Below, in pieces: positions 1 through 11,484 of a stretch of DNA of 64,000 bases (positions within the stretch are counted from its first letter, which is position 1; each line of letters starts with the position of its first letter). Position numbers and translations under genes: made by a program. Under the pieces are notes generated by a model. That model had not been told where the DNA came from, did not search any database, and saw only the letters and a program-made list of their open reading frames with translations. Source of the stretch: Lama guanicoe (Eukaryota); assembly GCA_013239625.1 (NCBI GenBank), contig MU054323.1:15380029-15444028 (forward strand), read 5' to 3'.

Positions 1-1275
1 TGGAGAAAGGAGCAAACAAATAATCAACAGGTCCACCTAGCAAACAACCGAGAGTCAGATGGAAGGAAAAAAACAGTAATGTGGGGAGTTCTGTTTCCTA
101 GAGACTGTATTTTGAGACCAGGTGAAGTGCCTCAGGGTGGAAGGTGGTAGCTTGTGCACAGAAAAACAGGTGGTGCCCATCGGAAACTCAGGCACCAAGT
201 GCCCAGGCAACAGAGCCCAACCCCAGACATCATCACTAATCACTAGAGTCAGAACACAGACAGCCAGGTGTTTAGGCAAAAGGAATAAGATTGCAACTGT
301 AGAATGTGATGGGAAAAAGAGAAGGGAACTGAAAACAGATTTATTAGCTCCAAGGTGTGACCACCGGGGGCAAAAATCCTTTCACAGTCTGCTCCGTAGT
401 AGACCTGGAGTCAGAGCCAGGTCAGAAGTAAACGAGTGACGTGCTGATACAGAGGAGCATGGCAGAGGGTTCCATGCTATTCCCACCATGTAGGAGATGG
501 CGAAGAGTCTTCAGACTTTAGGTTATCAGCTCCCCCAGCCTCGTTTTCCTCATTTATAAAATGAAGCGGTTGAACCAGAGGATCTCTGAAGCCTCTTTCA
601 ATACTATAGTTTTTCTTTACTTCTATAAAGAAATCTCAGAACTAAAGGGGCCTCCAGTCTCAATGGTCTTGTATTGTCCTCACTTAATATTGATGCCTAA
701 TAGATGCTATGTAATCCTATTTATACTTGATATTCATCTGAGAAAGTACGGTTTTAATGAAAGGCTAGAAGTTTCTTTTTTTCAGATTCTAACTATGCAG
801 CCAAGAACAAAATGGAAAACCAAAATTTAAGTGTAACCCGTGAAACTCAGGAACTCCTAATTTATTTTGGAATGTCAAAATCTATTGTGGCATGTTCGGT
901 TTCGGGTCACAGCTCATTATCTCTCAGCTACGCTCTTTGGTACATCTCCCAAATAGTTTTCTGGCTTCCACTCATTGTCCCTCTCTTATTTGGCTGCTGT
1001 AATTTCAACGTTTCATTAAATACAAGGTCCCATCACTTAAGCAACCACATGATTTTATATACCACTGAGAACGAAAGTAAACAACTGCCAGTTAAAACTA
1101 TGACATGCCATCAATTGGGGGATGCATCTCACTTTCAGAGTTGTTCACATACTTTAAAAGTGTGTCTTAAATCAGTAATAAATAGTATTTTTATAAAATA
1201 GAAATTTGATGAGGTCACATGCCTCTGAAGTTTCCATACACTCCCCTATATGATGACGTCTAAACTCTTTGCTCA

Positions 1276-1411
1276 GGGGAGGATATAGCTCTAACGGTAG
1301 GGCTTGAGGCCCTGGGTTCACTCCCCAGTACCTCCATTAAAAACAACAACAACAACAACTAATCATAATAAATAAATAGACCTAATGACCCCCCCCCAAA
1401 TTAAATTAAAT
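1276..1411 (+). mobile_element. Vic-1-type tRNA-derived SINE with an internal deletion
   Basis: Body ggggaggatatagctc...cctgggttcactccccagtacctcc with an A-rich tail; perfect 13-bp TSD taaactctttgct at 1261-1273 and 1412-1424. Confidence 0.85.
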
Positions 1412-3446
1412 TAAACTCTTTGCTGTTGATTCTGGGCCTTCATCATCCACTCAGACTTACTGGACTTGTCTCTTCATATATGTCATTGGGTATCAAGTTG
1501 CCTCAAACTTCATTTTTTTAAATTGCAAAACCATAAGTTCTCTTCCTTCTTTCAACAACATTTATTAAACATCTACTCTACACCAGGCCCTGTTCTAGGA
1601 ATTTCACTGTTTTCTTTGTTTGGAATCTCTTTCCTCCCTCTCACAATCCCTAAACCTGGTGTCTATTTTTCTTTCAAGCTCCAACCTAACTATCTTCTCA
1701 TTCATGAAAAAGTTCTGTGAAACCTCCAATTTCCTCTTGTAGACTGAATTTTGTAAACTTCTATTACACTATGTTGAAATAGTTGACTTACCAGTTGCCC
1801 ATCCAAGACTGCAGACCCCTTGAGCACACAAAAAAGTGACATTTATTTCTGTAATCAAAGTAGGGATTAGGGATGTGGGCTCCAGCTTCCTGACTTTAAA
1901 AGTCCCTGTTCTGCCTATTAGGAAATCATGGACCCTAAGTGGGAAGACAGACATGAAAAGTGACATGCTCAGGGAATTACAGACTGCTAGGGGGTACAGT
2001 CACTATGAGATGAAGTTCTTGGGTTTGAACCTCACACAGGCTGGAAGTACTATTATGTTCTAGAACCACAGACTAGAACTGATCTCACCAACTTTTCAAG
2101 TAGCAAACCCTTAGTGAATATATGAATTAAGAATATATGGTTAAGAAAAGAAATCCCATCATTAAAAATACTAGAAGATTTACTAAGTATGTGCTCCAAA
2201 GCCTGTAGGTGCTAGTTTCCTAAGGGACTGATGAGAAAAAGGAAACTCATTAAACAACGTATTCAAAGTCACACAGGCAGTGATGAACACAGTTTGAATT
2301 TGATCCTGGGTCAGTCTGATTCCTGGTATCATCTTCTCTCCATCAGAGTGCTTATGGCACAGTACCTCATCATGACTGCGGACGTTCCTGATTTAATCAA
2401 TAATTGACTGAGGGGGAAAAAGTGGATAATCCTCTTCTTCAGACACCTGTGATTGGCATTGATGGTTACCTCTTCTCCTTGGCAAAGCTAATAGGAAACA
2501 TAATGTGGGTTTTGGCAATAGTCAGTTGATGATGAAGACACTCTTGGAATCTCTTATATTTTCTTCCTGAATAGTTTTATGCCTTATGAGCTTCATCTTC
2601 CAGTTTTCTTACTCATCTCAGACCAGTAATCACTTACACAGTCATAGCCTACTGGGAACTAGCATTTGGTCAATGACCTTAATTTTGTTGCCTGACCTTT
2701 AGTTTGAGCTTGAGAAGGCTAATGAAGAACAACCAATGTAGGCAACGAGGTGATCAAGATACATTAAGCTATCAAAGATAATTAATGATAGAGACTATGG
2801 ATATGATGATGACCTTAGAATCCAGTATCAAAATATTAAAATATTCTTTAAGTTTAAATGAGAACTAGAAGGAGGTGCTGATCTAATGTCCATAATAAAC
2901 CTGTGGATGTTGATGCAATTACGGTGATCCTCGTGGGGAAGGCTTCAAAGAGGAGCACACGTGGGCAGCACTGCAAAAGAAGCTTGGAGAGGAAGTAATA
3001 AGTTCTGAAGGACTTGGAAAAAAGGAGGAAAAGGAAGGTTTAAAGAGCATCATTCTTTTTTGAGTTGCATAGGGCCTTGGTAACCCACACTAAAGTCATG
3101 GGCAGAGATGGTCTGAGACTGGAAGCTCAGGCAGTCAAACTCACTGGGTAACATTATATAGATGGCCACCCTCTCATTTGTGTAAGTGGAAAGTTTTGAT
3201 ATTACTTATTTTACTACCACTAATCAGTACTAACAAAATTCTAAAGTCTTCTTGGAACACTACAGTAGTGAAAGTATTTTAAATGCCAGGATTGGTAACC
3301 TAATCATTATACATTCATTACATAGTCTACGAACAAAAGCAAGTCAGTTATAAGTACATGTCAAAATTGCATCTTGTCTGAGAACCTGTAATAGTAGCTA
3401 AGATTAGAATAAATGGTTCATGTTGTTTCTGTTTAAGCTAAAATAG

Positions 3447-3860
3447 TATGTTATGATAGGCTAACTGCTGTAACAAATAAGCCCCCAATCTCAGTGACTT
3501 ATCACAGTAAAGATTCATTTCTCACTCAAATCCTAGTCCCCTGAAATTCTGTGAGGTAGATGTACGTGAATATGTCTGTACGTAGGAAGTCTGCTTCACA
3601 CAGTGATTCGGGGACCCAGGATCTATCCATTTAGTGGTTCCAAATCCTTCTGGGATGTCAGAGTCCTCTGTGGTGTGCTCTGCAGCCAGCCAGCTGAGAG
3701 AAGGGAAAATACGCAGGATTAGAGGCCAGCCTAGGCAAGTTCCCCTTCACTTCCATCCACATTCCGTGGCCCCATCTAACTGAAAGAAAGGTGGTGAGTG
3801 TTGTCTAGTTGTGTGTCCAGAATGAAAGAAGGAAACTAGATATTGGTAAGTGCTACCATT
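3447..3860. mobile_element. Old MaLR solo LTR (MLT1-like)
   Basis: ctgctgtaacaaataagcccccaatctcagtgactta...ttcatttctcactca...ggggacccagg...cacttccatccacattcc...ccatctaactgaaag...tctagttgtgtgtccag resembles MLT1 family consensus. Confidence 0.65.
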
Positions 3861-4055
3861 TTCCCCAGAAAATAGGTAATAAATTCTTATTTCAATGACA
3901 AAACAGCTGTCTGATATATAGGCTATGAATATAAAAAAATCAGTGTTCTGTTGAACATTATCATATCAGAATTTACATTCGAATGAATGATGTCTCTTTG
4001 CCAGCAGTTACTTAGAAAAACTGTATGCTTGTTGCATGAAAACCAATGCCTGCCA

Positions 4056-4149
4056 TTTCTTTATTGAGATATAATTGACATATAATTTTATATTAGTTTC
4101 AGGTGTACAACATAACGATATATTTGTGTCTATTATGAAATGATCACCA
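4056..4149 (-). mobile_element. Short LINE-1 3' end fragment
   Basis: tttattgagatataattgacatataa...ttagtttcaggtgtacaacata...tgaaatgatcacca resembles L1 3' terminal consensus. Confidence 0.7.
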
Positions 4150-5269
4150 TTTTTTAAACTCTTTTAAAAAAATTTTCTCTAGAACATTTGTTGGTTCTTT
4201 TAAATATTCACAGCAAATCTCCATCCTCAGAGGATGAATTTGATGAAGATTGTAAAAAGTCAGAGCCAAGTCTGATGAATGAAGAAGATAATCTACTTGA
4301 GTTATAATATGTTGGGTCAAATATATGATGATTAAACAATGAGCTTTTTTTTCTCCTGAGACTATAGAAGGCAATTACAAAATAAACATTTTAAGAACAT
4401 ATTGAGTAATGAGATCATTGTTGAAAAAAATGTAATTGTGTTTCTTATCATAGATGCCATTTTGATTTGGGGAAAAGTGTCTGCAATTTGGATCTACGAA
4501 TCTTCAGGCATTGAAACCAAGGGGTCAGACAGGCAGCTGCGAAGATGGAGAAGACAGAGAGGTGGGTGGTGCTGTAGTAGGTAGAAATCCCTCCTCCTCG
4601 TTATACTGCAGGGCTGGGCCCTCTCTTCTCAATTTTCTTATGCTTGGTTTTTTTCCAGCTATTGAGAAGAATGCCCACAAGCACAGAATATCCATTAAAA
4701 TAGCCTCATCTTTTGCAGGGGTCTCAATCATTTATTCCCTTCATTAGTTCAGTTTCATAAAAGCACTCCTTCCTTGGGAGAAATTTTTTAATTAAGGACA
4801 ACACTTTCCCTAAAAATCCTACTGCATACAATTTACCAGGTTACATGATTTGGTAATTTGTAGGGTTAAAATATCTGATATAGTTAAAACCTCCAAATGT
4901 TGAACATTTTAAAGGATCTAGTAAAATAATGAATGCAAAAAAAATTTTTAAGGTTGTTTCTTTAAAAAAAAGCTTTATAATGCAATGTGCTTCCAAGCAG
5001 CAGTTGTTAACCCGAAGGCCCTCTGCACCGGGGAGATGAGCACTCTAAGTGTTGGAGGGAATGTGTGCAGATAAGAGTTTGCAAGAGATAATCTGGCTAT
5101 GCATGTGAAAAAAAGCATACTTCTGGACCCACATTAACAATTCTGCTTTCAGAATTGGCCAAAGAAAATCACTGAACAATTGGAAAATTTGGCTAAATGG
5201 GAATCCGCTGTAGCTTTGTTTATGACAGTGAAAATACGCAACAAACAAACAAAAAGCCCTGAAAGTATA

Positions 5270-5560
5270 TTAATGTAGCATGATTAAATATAATATAGTA
5301 CACCCATTCAGTCAAATGAATCCAGTGGTACAAAGTTATCAGTCCTCAAGATCAAGATGCTATGTATATGGTTAAGTGAAAAAGCAATGAATTATAAATT
5401 AGAATGAATAGTCCACCTTTTGTTTTATACTTTATAGGGGAAAAGAAGCCGTCAGGATGTATAACAAATGTTATTAGTGGTTAATAGCTCAATGGTAGGA
5501 TTATGAGTAATGCTTCTTTCTTTCTTTTTTAAAAAACCTTGCTTATATTTTCTTACTCCC
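5270..5560 (+). mobile_element. Degenerate old L1 (L1ME-like) 3' fragment
   Basis: Motifs ttaagtgaaaaagca...aaatgttattagtggtta...ggtaggattatgagt are typical of L1ME 3' ends. Confidence 0.45.
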
Positions 5561-5621
5561 TGCCCCCCGACCCGCCACCAATACGCATGTATTTGTAGAG
5601 AATATATATTAGGAGGAGGAT

Positions 5622-5840
5622 TGCATAACATGGATTCTGGAGCCATACTGCCTGGTTTTGAATCCCAATTTTTCTTTTAAATAAGTATGACATTGGGCAT
5701 CTTATTTAACCTTTCTGTACCTCTGGTTCCCCATCTGTAAAATGCAAGTAATTATGTTCCTACCTAGTGAGGATTAGAATAGGTAATAAACCCAGTAATT
5801 AGTCAATATGCACATAGTAAACACCACATGAATTTTGTTT
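5622..5840 (+). mobile_element. MIR SINE
   Basis: tctggagccatactgcctggttttgaatccc...tgacattgggcatcttatttaacctttctgtacctctggttccccatctgtaaaatg...cacatagtaaacac matches the MIR core. Confidence 0.8.
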
Positions 5841-6044
5841 TTCAGTAATTAGGAAAACAATGGAGCTATTTCCATTTTGAGGAAAATGCTAATCACTACT
5901 TTAACTTTTCATATGCAAATTAGCGAAGAAGGCAAGATACTGTCGTAGATATTAACAGTTTGAAAGTAGGTCCACATAAAACAATAACACTGAAAAGAAA
6001 AGCAACTTCCCATTCCCCAATTTACTGCACGAGGCAGCTAAATA

Positions 6045-6265
6045 CACTAGGTTCCAAACCGGAAAGCCGCTCACAGAGCTCTGAGACCTTGCAAATCACA
6101 CAACCTCCTGTGCCTCTGATTCCTCAACTCTCAAGCGTAGATGACAGAAGATACTGTAAGGCATTGGCCTTACAGGGCTACTCTGTACATTACTTAAAAT
6201 AAGCCATATGAAGGGCTTATTAGCAAGCCCTCAATAAAGGTTAGCAATTATTATTATCACTATTA
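6045..6265 (+). mobile_element. Degenerate MIR SINE
   Basis: tgagaccttgcaaatcacacaacctcctgtgcctctgattcctca...ctcaataaaggttagcaattattatt. Confidence 0.55.
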
Positions 6266-7010
6266 GTAATGACTACCCTTGAAAATAAGTCTTAGACCCG
6301 AATGGGTCCCAGAAAATATCACATACGCGACAACCCCATGAGTAGACAGACTGCCAAAGTGGGACCATCTTAACGATCCTAAGAAGGAAAAAACCAAATA
6401 TCTGGTCAGGCAGATGCTGCATAGGAATAGGTGTTGAGAGATCGCAGAGCAGGGATTCCGGCTCAAGCACAGAACTTGAGGAGGCACTCAAAGAGAAGGA
6501 CTCTAAAAATAACAATAGAAAAGGAGAACACCCATTTTATCCACGCGGTACAGTGTGTGGTTGGTCCTCTGCATTCTGGTCTCCACTTTGTAGGGGAGGG
6601 AACAGATTCAGAAAGGATGAATACTTTGTTCAGAATTGTGTGTGCATCGCCAAGGGCAGGGGGTGGTGGGAGACAGCACCTAGACCAAACCTTAAAGAGA
6701 ACCTGTATTCTGTGCTCAGCCGTGCCAGCTCTGGAGCAGCTGTTGGCCCTCATCGAGGCAGGTAAGACAAGAACCCTCCTTAGGAAAAAGGAGTCCAATG
6801 ACCAGATCCGGAGTCCAAGATCAGATGTCTGAGCCCCCAAACTAGGGATCCCCCTGTCTCACTGAAATGGTCCAAGCCTAGAAAGTGAGAATCCATGTAT
6901 AGGTGACCCTAGCTGAGGGGTGGAGCAAAGAGATGGGGGGACGAGGGTGAAAGGAGCCAGACTTGTCCTGGTTTATTTCTTTCCTTTCCTTTTCTTTCTT
7001 TCTTTCAATA

Positions 7011-7133
7011 TTTTTTGAGGGGGGACGTTATTAGTTTTATTTATTAATTTATTTTGATGGAGGTACTGGGGATTGAACCCAGGACCTCATGTATGCTAAG
7101 TACCCACTCTACCACTGAGCTATACCTTCCCCC
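7011..7133 (-). mobile_element. Vic-1-type tRNA-derived SINE
   Basis: The reverse complement reads gggggaaggtatagctcagtggtagagtgggtacttagcatacatgaggtcctgggttcaatccccagtacctcc plus an A-rich tail; A and B boxes are intact. Confidence 0.88.
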
Positions 7134-10100
7134 ATTTTTCTTCATAGATCTTTCTAGTGTCTATGAAACATCTTTATAAAACAAGACTTTTTTTTTTTTG
7201 GCAACTCAATTCTAAGAATCTGTGTATCTGACTCAAAAGATACCTTCTACATTTCTATTTTCATTTCAAGAAGAGAAAACACGAACAGCATGCACCTCCC
7301 AGCGTGTGACTACAGGAGAGAGGCTAGGCCAGGCATTGAATCAGGGACGAGGGCTCTGACACTAGCAATCTCCCGCCCTCTCATTTCCACTTTCTGCTAG
7401 GCTGCTAGGCCCCCAGCTGGGCACTGTGATTTTCAGACATTTTCAACAATTTAGCAAACCCCTCCCATCCAAACCCCTCAATAGCCAATAGAGGGCAGAC
7501 TGTCTCTTCTTCCAGACCTCCACCAACGCTAGGTTCTGATTCCTTTTCCTTTCAGACCTCTGAGGTGTACCTCTCCCGCCCTCCGCCAGTTTGAAAGACT
7601 CTCTCCTGCCCCAAGGAGCCCTTTCAAGTACTTATTTTTAGAGGCAGTTACTAAAACCTGAGAGAGAAGGGCCACAGATAGGAATGTTCAAATGTCTTTT
7701 TATTTAAATATCTTTCTTCCATCCCTCCCTTTTGCAACTCACTCCTGCATGCGTGCATTCTTATAAGTCCTGGCCCATCCAATGAGCTGACAATGTAATG
7801 GGGTCAATCAGAGCTATTTAGAGAAAGATTTATAATATAACATATTTTTAAAATATATTTTATTTATGTATATCAACATTTGTAATCTAATATGATAAAT
7901 GCCACAAGCAGAGGTACTTACAAAATGCTATAGAACAGATAAGGGAATAAGCTCACGACACTTTCCAGAAGAGGAGGCATTAAACCATTCTCCATGTATG
8001 ACCCTAACTCTTACATTCGTCCGTGCCTTTCAGGGTCTATGTAATACTTTGCCAGTCTCCTTTCTCCCTTGACCCTCTGTTGTCATCATGTTGGGCCCAT
8101 CCATCCTCTCTTCTGTATCCTTAGTCTGATGTCTGAAGATGAGGGAATCCCTTTGTGTTTGAGCCCCAGTCTCCCTGTCTTGGCTCTTGGCCACCTTGTG
8201 GTCCCTCCTGAGTCCCAGGGAAGGAACAGCTATTTCGTAACTGAGCCCCTAGTTGACACACTGGTTTCAGATAAGCTGTCAGGCCCTTGTAGGTTTCTTC
8301 TTTGCTACTAGTTACAGGATTCAAGGAAAGATTCTTATTTTCTCCTTTGTTTTTCTCTTAATTCTATAGCAAAGGACCACATGCCATTTGAATTTTCTCA
8401 GCTGTTACATCCATCTTAGTCTTAAGAATCTCTGCAGTCCTTTCTAAGATTGACCTGAATTCCCATGAGAAGTCAGCTTTTGTCACCTCATGTGTACTTT
8501 CCAAGAGGTTCTACCTCTAGAGTTCCAGGAATGATGGATGTTGACCTCCACGTTGTCCCTTGCCTGTGTTCAATCTCTAGCTTTCCCTAATCTTTAATAT
8601 ATTGCCTTTAAAATAAAGTAAACAAAAAAGCAAGACCAGGGCAATGATTATTACTCTTTTCTTCACCCTACAGTGGCTTTCTCACTTCTGTGTTTTTTTC
8701 CATCACCTGACCTTGGCTTTTCCTGTTGAGTCCTACAATGTTATCTGCTACATTTTAATAACGTCTTTATACTTGCATTTGAACAGAAATATAGATAACC
8801 TCCTCTGCAAGAGTGGAAAGGGCCTTTTAACACAGCTTAATGATGACAGTTTGTTGGCAAATCCCTCAGTGGAATGCTAGTGCCTTGTTGGGTTACAAGA
8901 AACAAACATGTTTAACAGTATTGTATGTTTTATTTTTCTTGAATTTGCTAATAGAAAATGTAGCATATTTTAAATGATTTTACCACTTAATACTTATAAT
9001 TTTAGAATCTTAGGGTATGAGGTCCTTTGTAGATCATCTAACCTGACTTCCTACACAATTGCAGGAACTGTCTCTACAACATCCCTGAAAACTAGTCATC
9101 TCAACAATTCTTTAAGTGCTTCCAGAAAATGGGATGCTCACTCCCCCTTTTCCCTGTTGAACGTTTTCTCTATTATCCTCTGATAATCAGTGATAATTAA
9201 TGAGCCTCTTCCTCTCCTCAGGACCAAGAAATATGATTGGAGAAATGTTCAGTTTTCTGATGCCAGTGACTGGGGAATATTCCACTGGTAACTTTGGCTT
9301 TTCGATTCAGGATTAGGGTGGCTAAACCAAAATATTTTAAGTATAAATTTGTTCCACAAACAGAGGATTTCAATGACATCTTTGTTTCCTTTCTCCTTAC
9401 GCTGCCCTGTTATTAACTTTGGGTTCGTTAGTCATGATTTTCAGATCCACTTAAGTTGCCACCTTCCTGCAGCCAGACCATCTTGGATCAAAAGGTCGGC
9501 CGGCCACTCCCATCTCACACCTGCCACAAGATCTGATTTTTTTTTCACACTGATCCAAGTCACTTCTTGTTAATTCACTAATTTTATCTTGGACCGTTAC
9601 AGAGCCTATCATTTCGAGAACATTTTCTGACAGCTACAGAAGAGAAACAATCCTCACACAATGCATTCTGCATCACTTCAGCTGCTTCTTCACCTGGTTT
9701 AACACAAAGAATATATACCCCACAACTTCTTTATTAATCCATTTACAATAAATGAAAAAAATTAAAACCCACTTTTGTCCGTGCGCTTGGGAAAGAAAAG
9801 GGCAATGTCAGATGACATTAATGATGCATGAGATATGCCGGTCCAGTCATGTCAAGACTTGTAGTAACCCGGTCTTACTCAAGGGAGAAAAAATCACCTC
9901 CACTTTGCATTCGCCCCCTCCCATAATATAGCACCTCGGCAGAGATGGCAGAGCGACAAAACATATATGATGTGGACAGTTAAAATTCACCTCAAGCTAC
10001 AGTGGTCCCAAACATTCCTCTCCACCCCACCCCCCGGAATATTTACCTAGACCGTTTAAAGCACTTAATTAATTCACCAGCAGCTTCGCTGGAGGCGTCT

Positions 10101-10568
10101 CGAGCTTCCCGAGACTCCATTACATAATATCTTTTATAAAGTCTATTCCCAGCTCAAGTGGAAGATGGATTCTCATCCAGTTTTGCGGAGGTTCCATGCA
10201 TGTGCTTCCCTTTCCAGCCAGCGGGTGCTCCAGCCAGGGCTGCAGCAATCCCTTCGGCCCCGAGCTCCGGGGGTCCCCGCCACTCTCCGAACTCAAAACC
10301 GGCCAGGAGGTACAGCCGTCTCGCATTCGGGGCTCTCAGGCCAGCCACGGTGGCCCCGGGGCCGGCGGGCGCTCGAGATCCCGCGACTCGCCGGGTGAAC
10401 CCTGAACCCCGAGCCGCAGCGCGCCGGCGATGCCCGAGCCAGAGAGGCGCGCAAAGACTCGGCCCCAGGGCCGGCTTGGTGCGCGGGGCTCCGGGAGGCG
10501 CAGGAGGAGGAGGGGAGGAGGAGGAGGCGTGCGAGGGAGGAAGGGCCCGGCCGCCGGGGAGGGAGGGC

Positions 10569-10583
10569 NNNNNNNNNNNNNNN
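10569..10583. other. Assembly gap (15 N) in the promoter
   Basis: Run of N. Confidence 1.
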
Positions 10584-10612
10584 GGCGCAGCCGGAGCGGC
10601 GTTGCCTCGAGC

Positions 10613-10620
10613 CATAAACA
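10613..10620 (+). promoter_or_regulatory. TATA-like element CATAAA (overlapping the forkhead-like ATAAACA); candidate core promoter
   Basis: An isolated A-rich hexamer within the GC-rich promoter. A TSS ~25-30 nt downstream (~10640) would give an ATG-free 5' UTR of ~510 nt. Confidence 0.45.
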
Positions 10621-10639
10621 AGCCCCCGGAGGAGCGGAG

Positions 10640-11153
10640 CAGGAGTGAGGCGAGCCGGGCTCGCGGAGCGGACGCCGCGGACCTTCTGCTGCGCCACCGC
10701 GCCCACTCGGCGGCTCGGGAGGCGGGGACCGGCCCGGAGGCTGCGCCGCCGCCGCCACCGCCACCGCCGCGGGGCCGGCCGACGCGGAGGAGGAGAGAGA
10801 GGAGGCGCCGCCAGCCGGGGCTGGAGCCGAGCGCAGCCGCCGCCGCCAGAAGTTTGGGTTGAACCGGAGCTGCCGGGAGGAAACTTTTCTTTTTCCCCCT
10901 CCCTCCTGGGAGGAGGAGGAGGAGGGGAAGCCACCGCTGGCGCCAACGCTAGTGGGCTCGGGGTCGGCGCGGCCCGCAGAGGGGGCGGGGGCCTCGCCCC
11001 GCGAGGGGAGGCGCGCCCCGGGGGCCCCGAGGGGGGCGGCGAGGACAGCGGGCTGCGGGTGCGGCGGCGGCGGCGCGTGTGCCCCGCGCTGGGGAGGACG
11101 CCCGCCCCGCTCCCGGCCCGGCTGCGAGGAGGAGGCGGCGGCGGCGCAGGAGG
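10640..11153 (+). other. CRIM1: Putative CRIM1 5' UTR (GC-rich, no upstream ATG)
   Basis: No ATG occurs between 10621 and 11153. The 5' boundary is inferred from the CATAAA element. Confidence 0.55.
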
Positions 11154-11484
11154 ATGTACTTGGTGGCGGGGGGCAGGGGGCTGGCCGGCTGCGGGCACCT
11201 CCTGGTCTCGCTGCTGGGGCTGTTGCTGCTGCTGGCGCGCTCCGGCACCCGGGCGCTGGTCTGCCTGCCCTGCGACGAGTCCAAGTGCGAAGAGCCCAGG
11301 AGCTGCCCCGGGAGCATCGTGCAGGGCGTCTGCGGCTGCTGCTACATGTGCGCCCGCCAGAGGAACGAGAGCTGCGGCGGCGCCTACGGGCTCCACGGAG
11401 CCTGCGACCGGGGGCTGCGCTGTGTCATCCGCCCCCCGCTCAATGGCGACTCCATCACCGAGTACGAAGTGGGCGTCTGCGAAG
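11154..11484 (+). CDS. CRIM1: CRIM1 coding exon 1 (signal peptide + IGFBP N-terminal-like domain), 331 nt, ends in phase 1
   Basis: ATG at 11154 (aggaggATGt, A at -3) gives MYLVAGGRGLAGCGHLLVSLLGLLLLLARSGTRALVCLPCDESKCEEPRSCPGSIVQGVCGCCYMCARQRNESCGGAYGLHGACDRGLRCVIRPPLNGDSITEYEVGVCE, which I recognise as the mammalian CRIM1 N-terminus. It has a hydrophobic signal peptide and the IGFBP-type CGCCxxC motif. The donor is GAAG|gtacga at 11484/11485. Confidence 0.98.
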
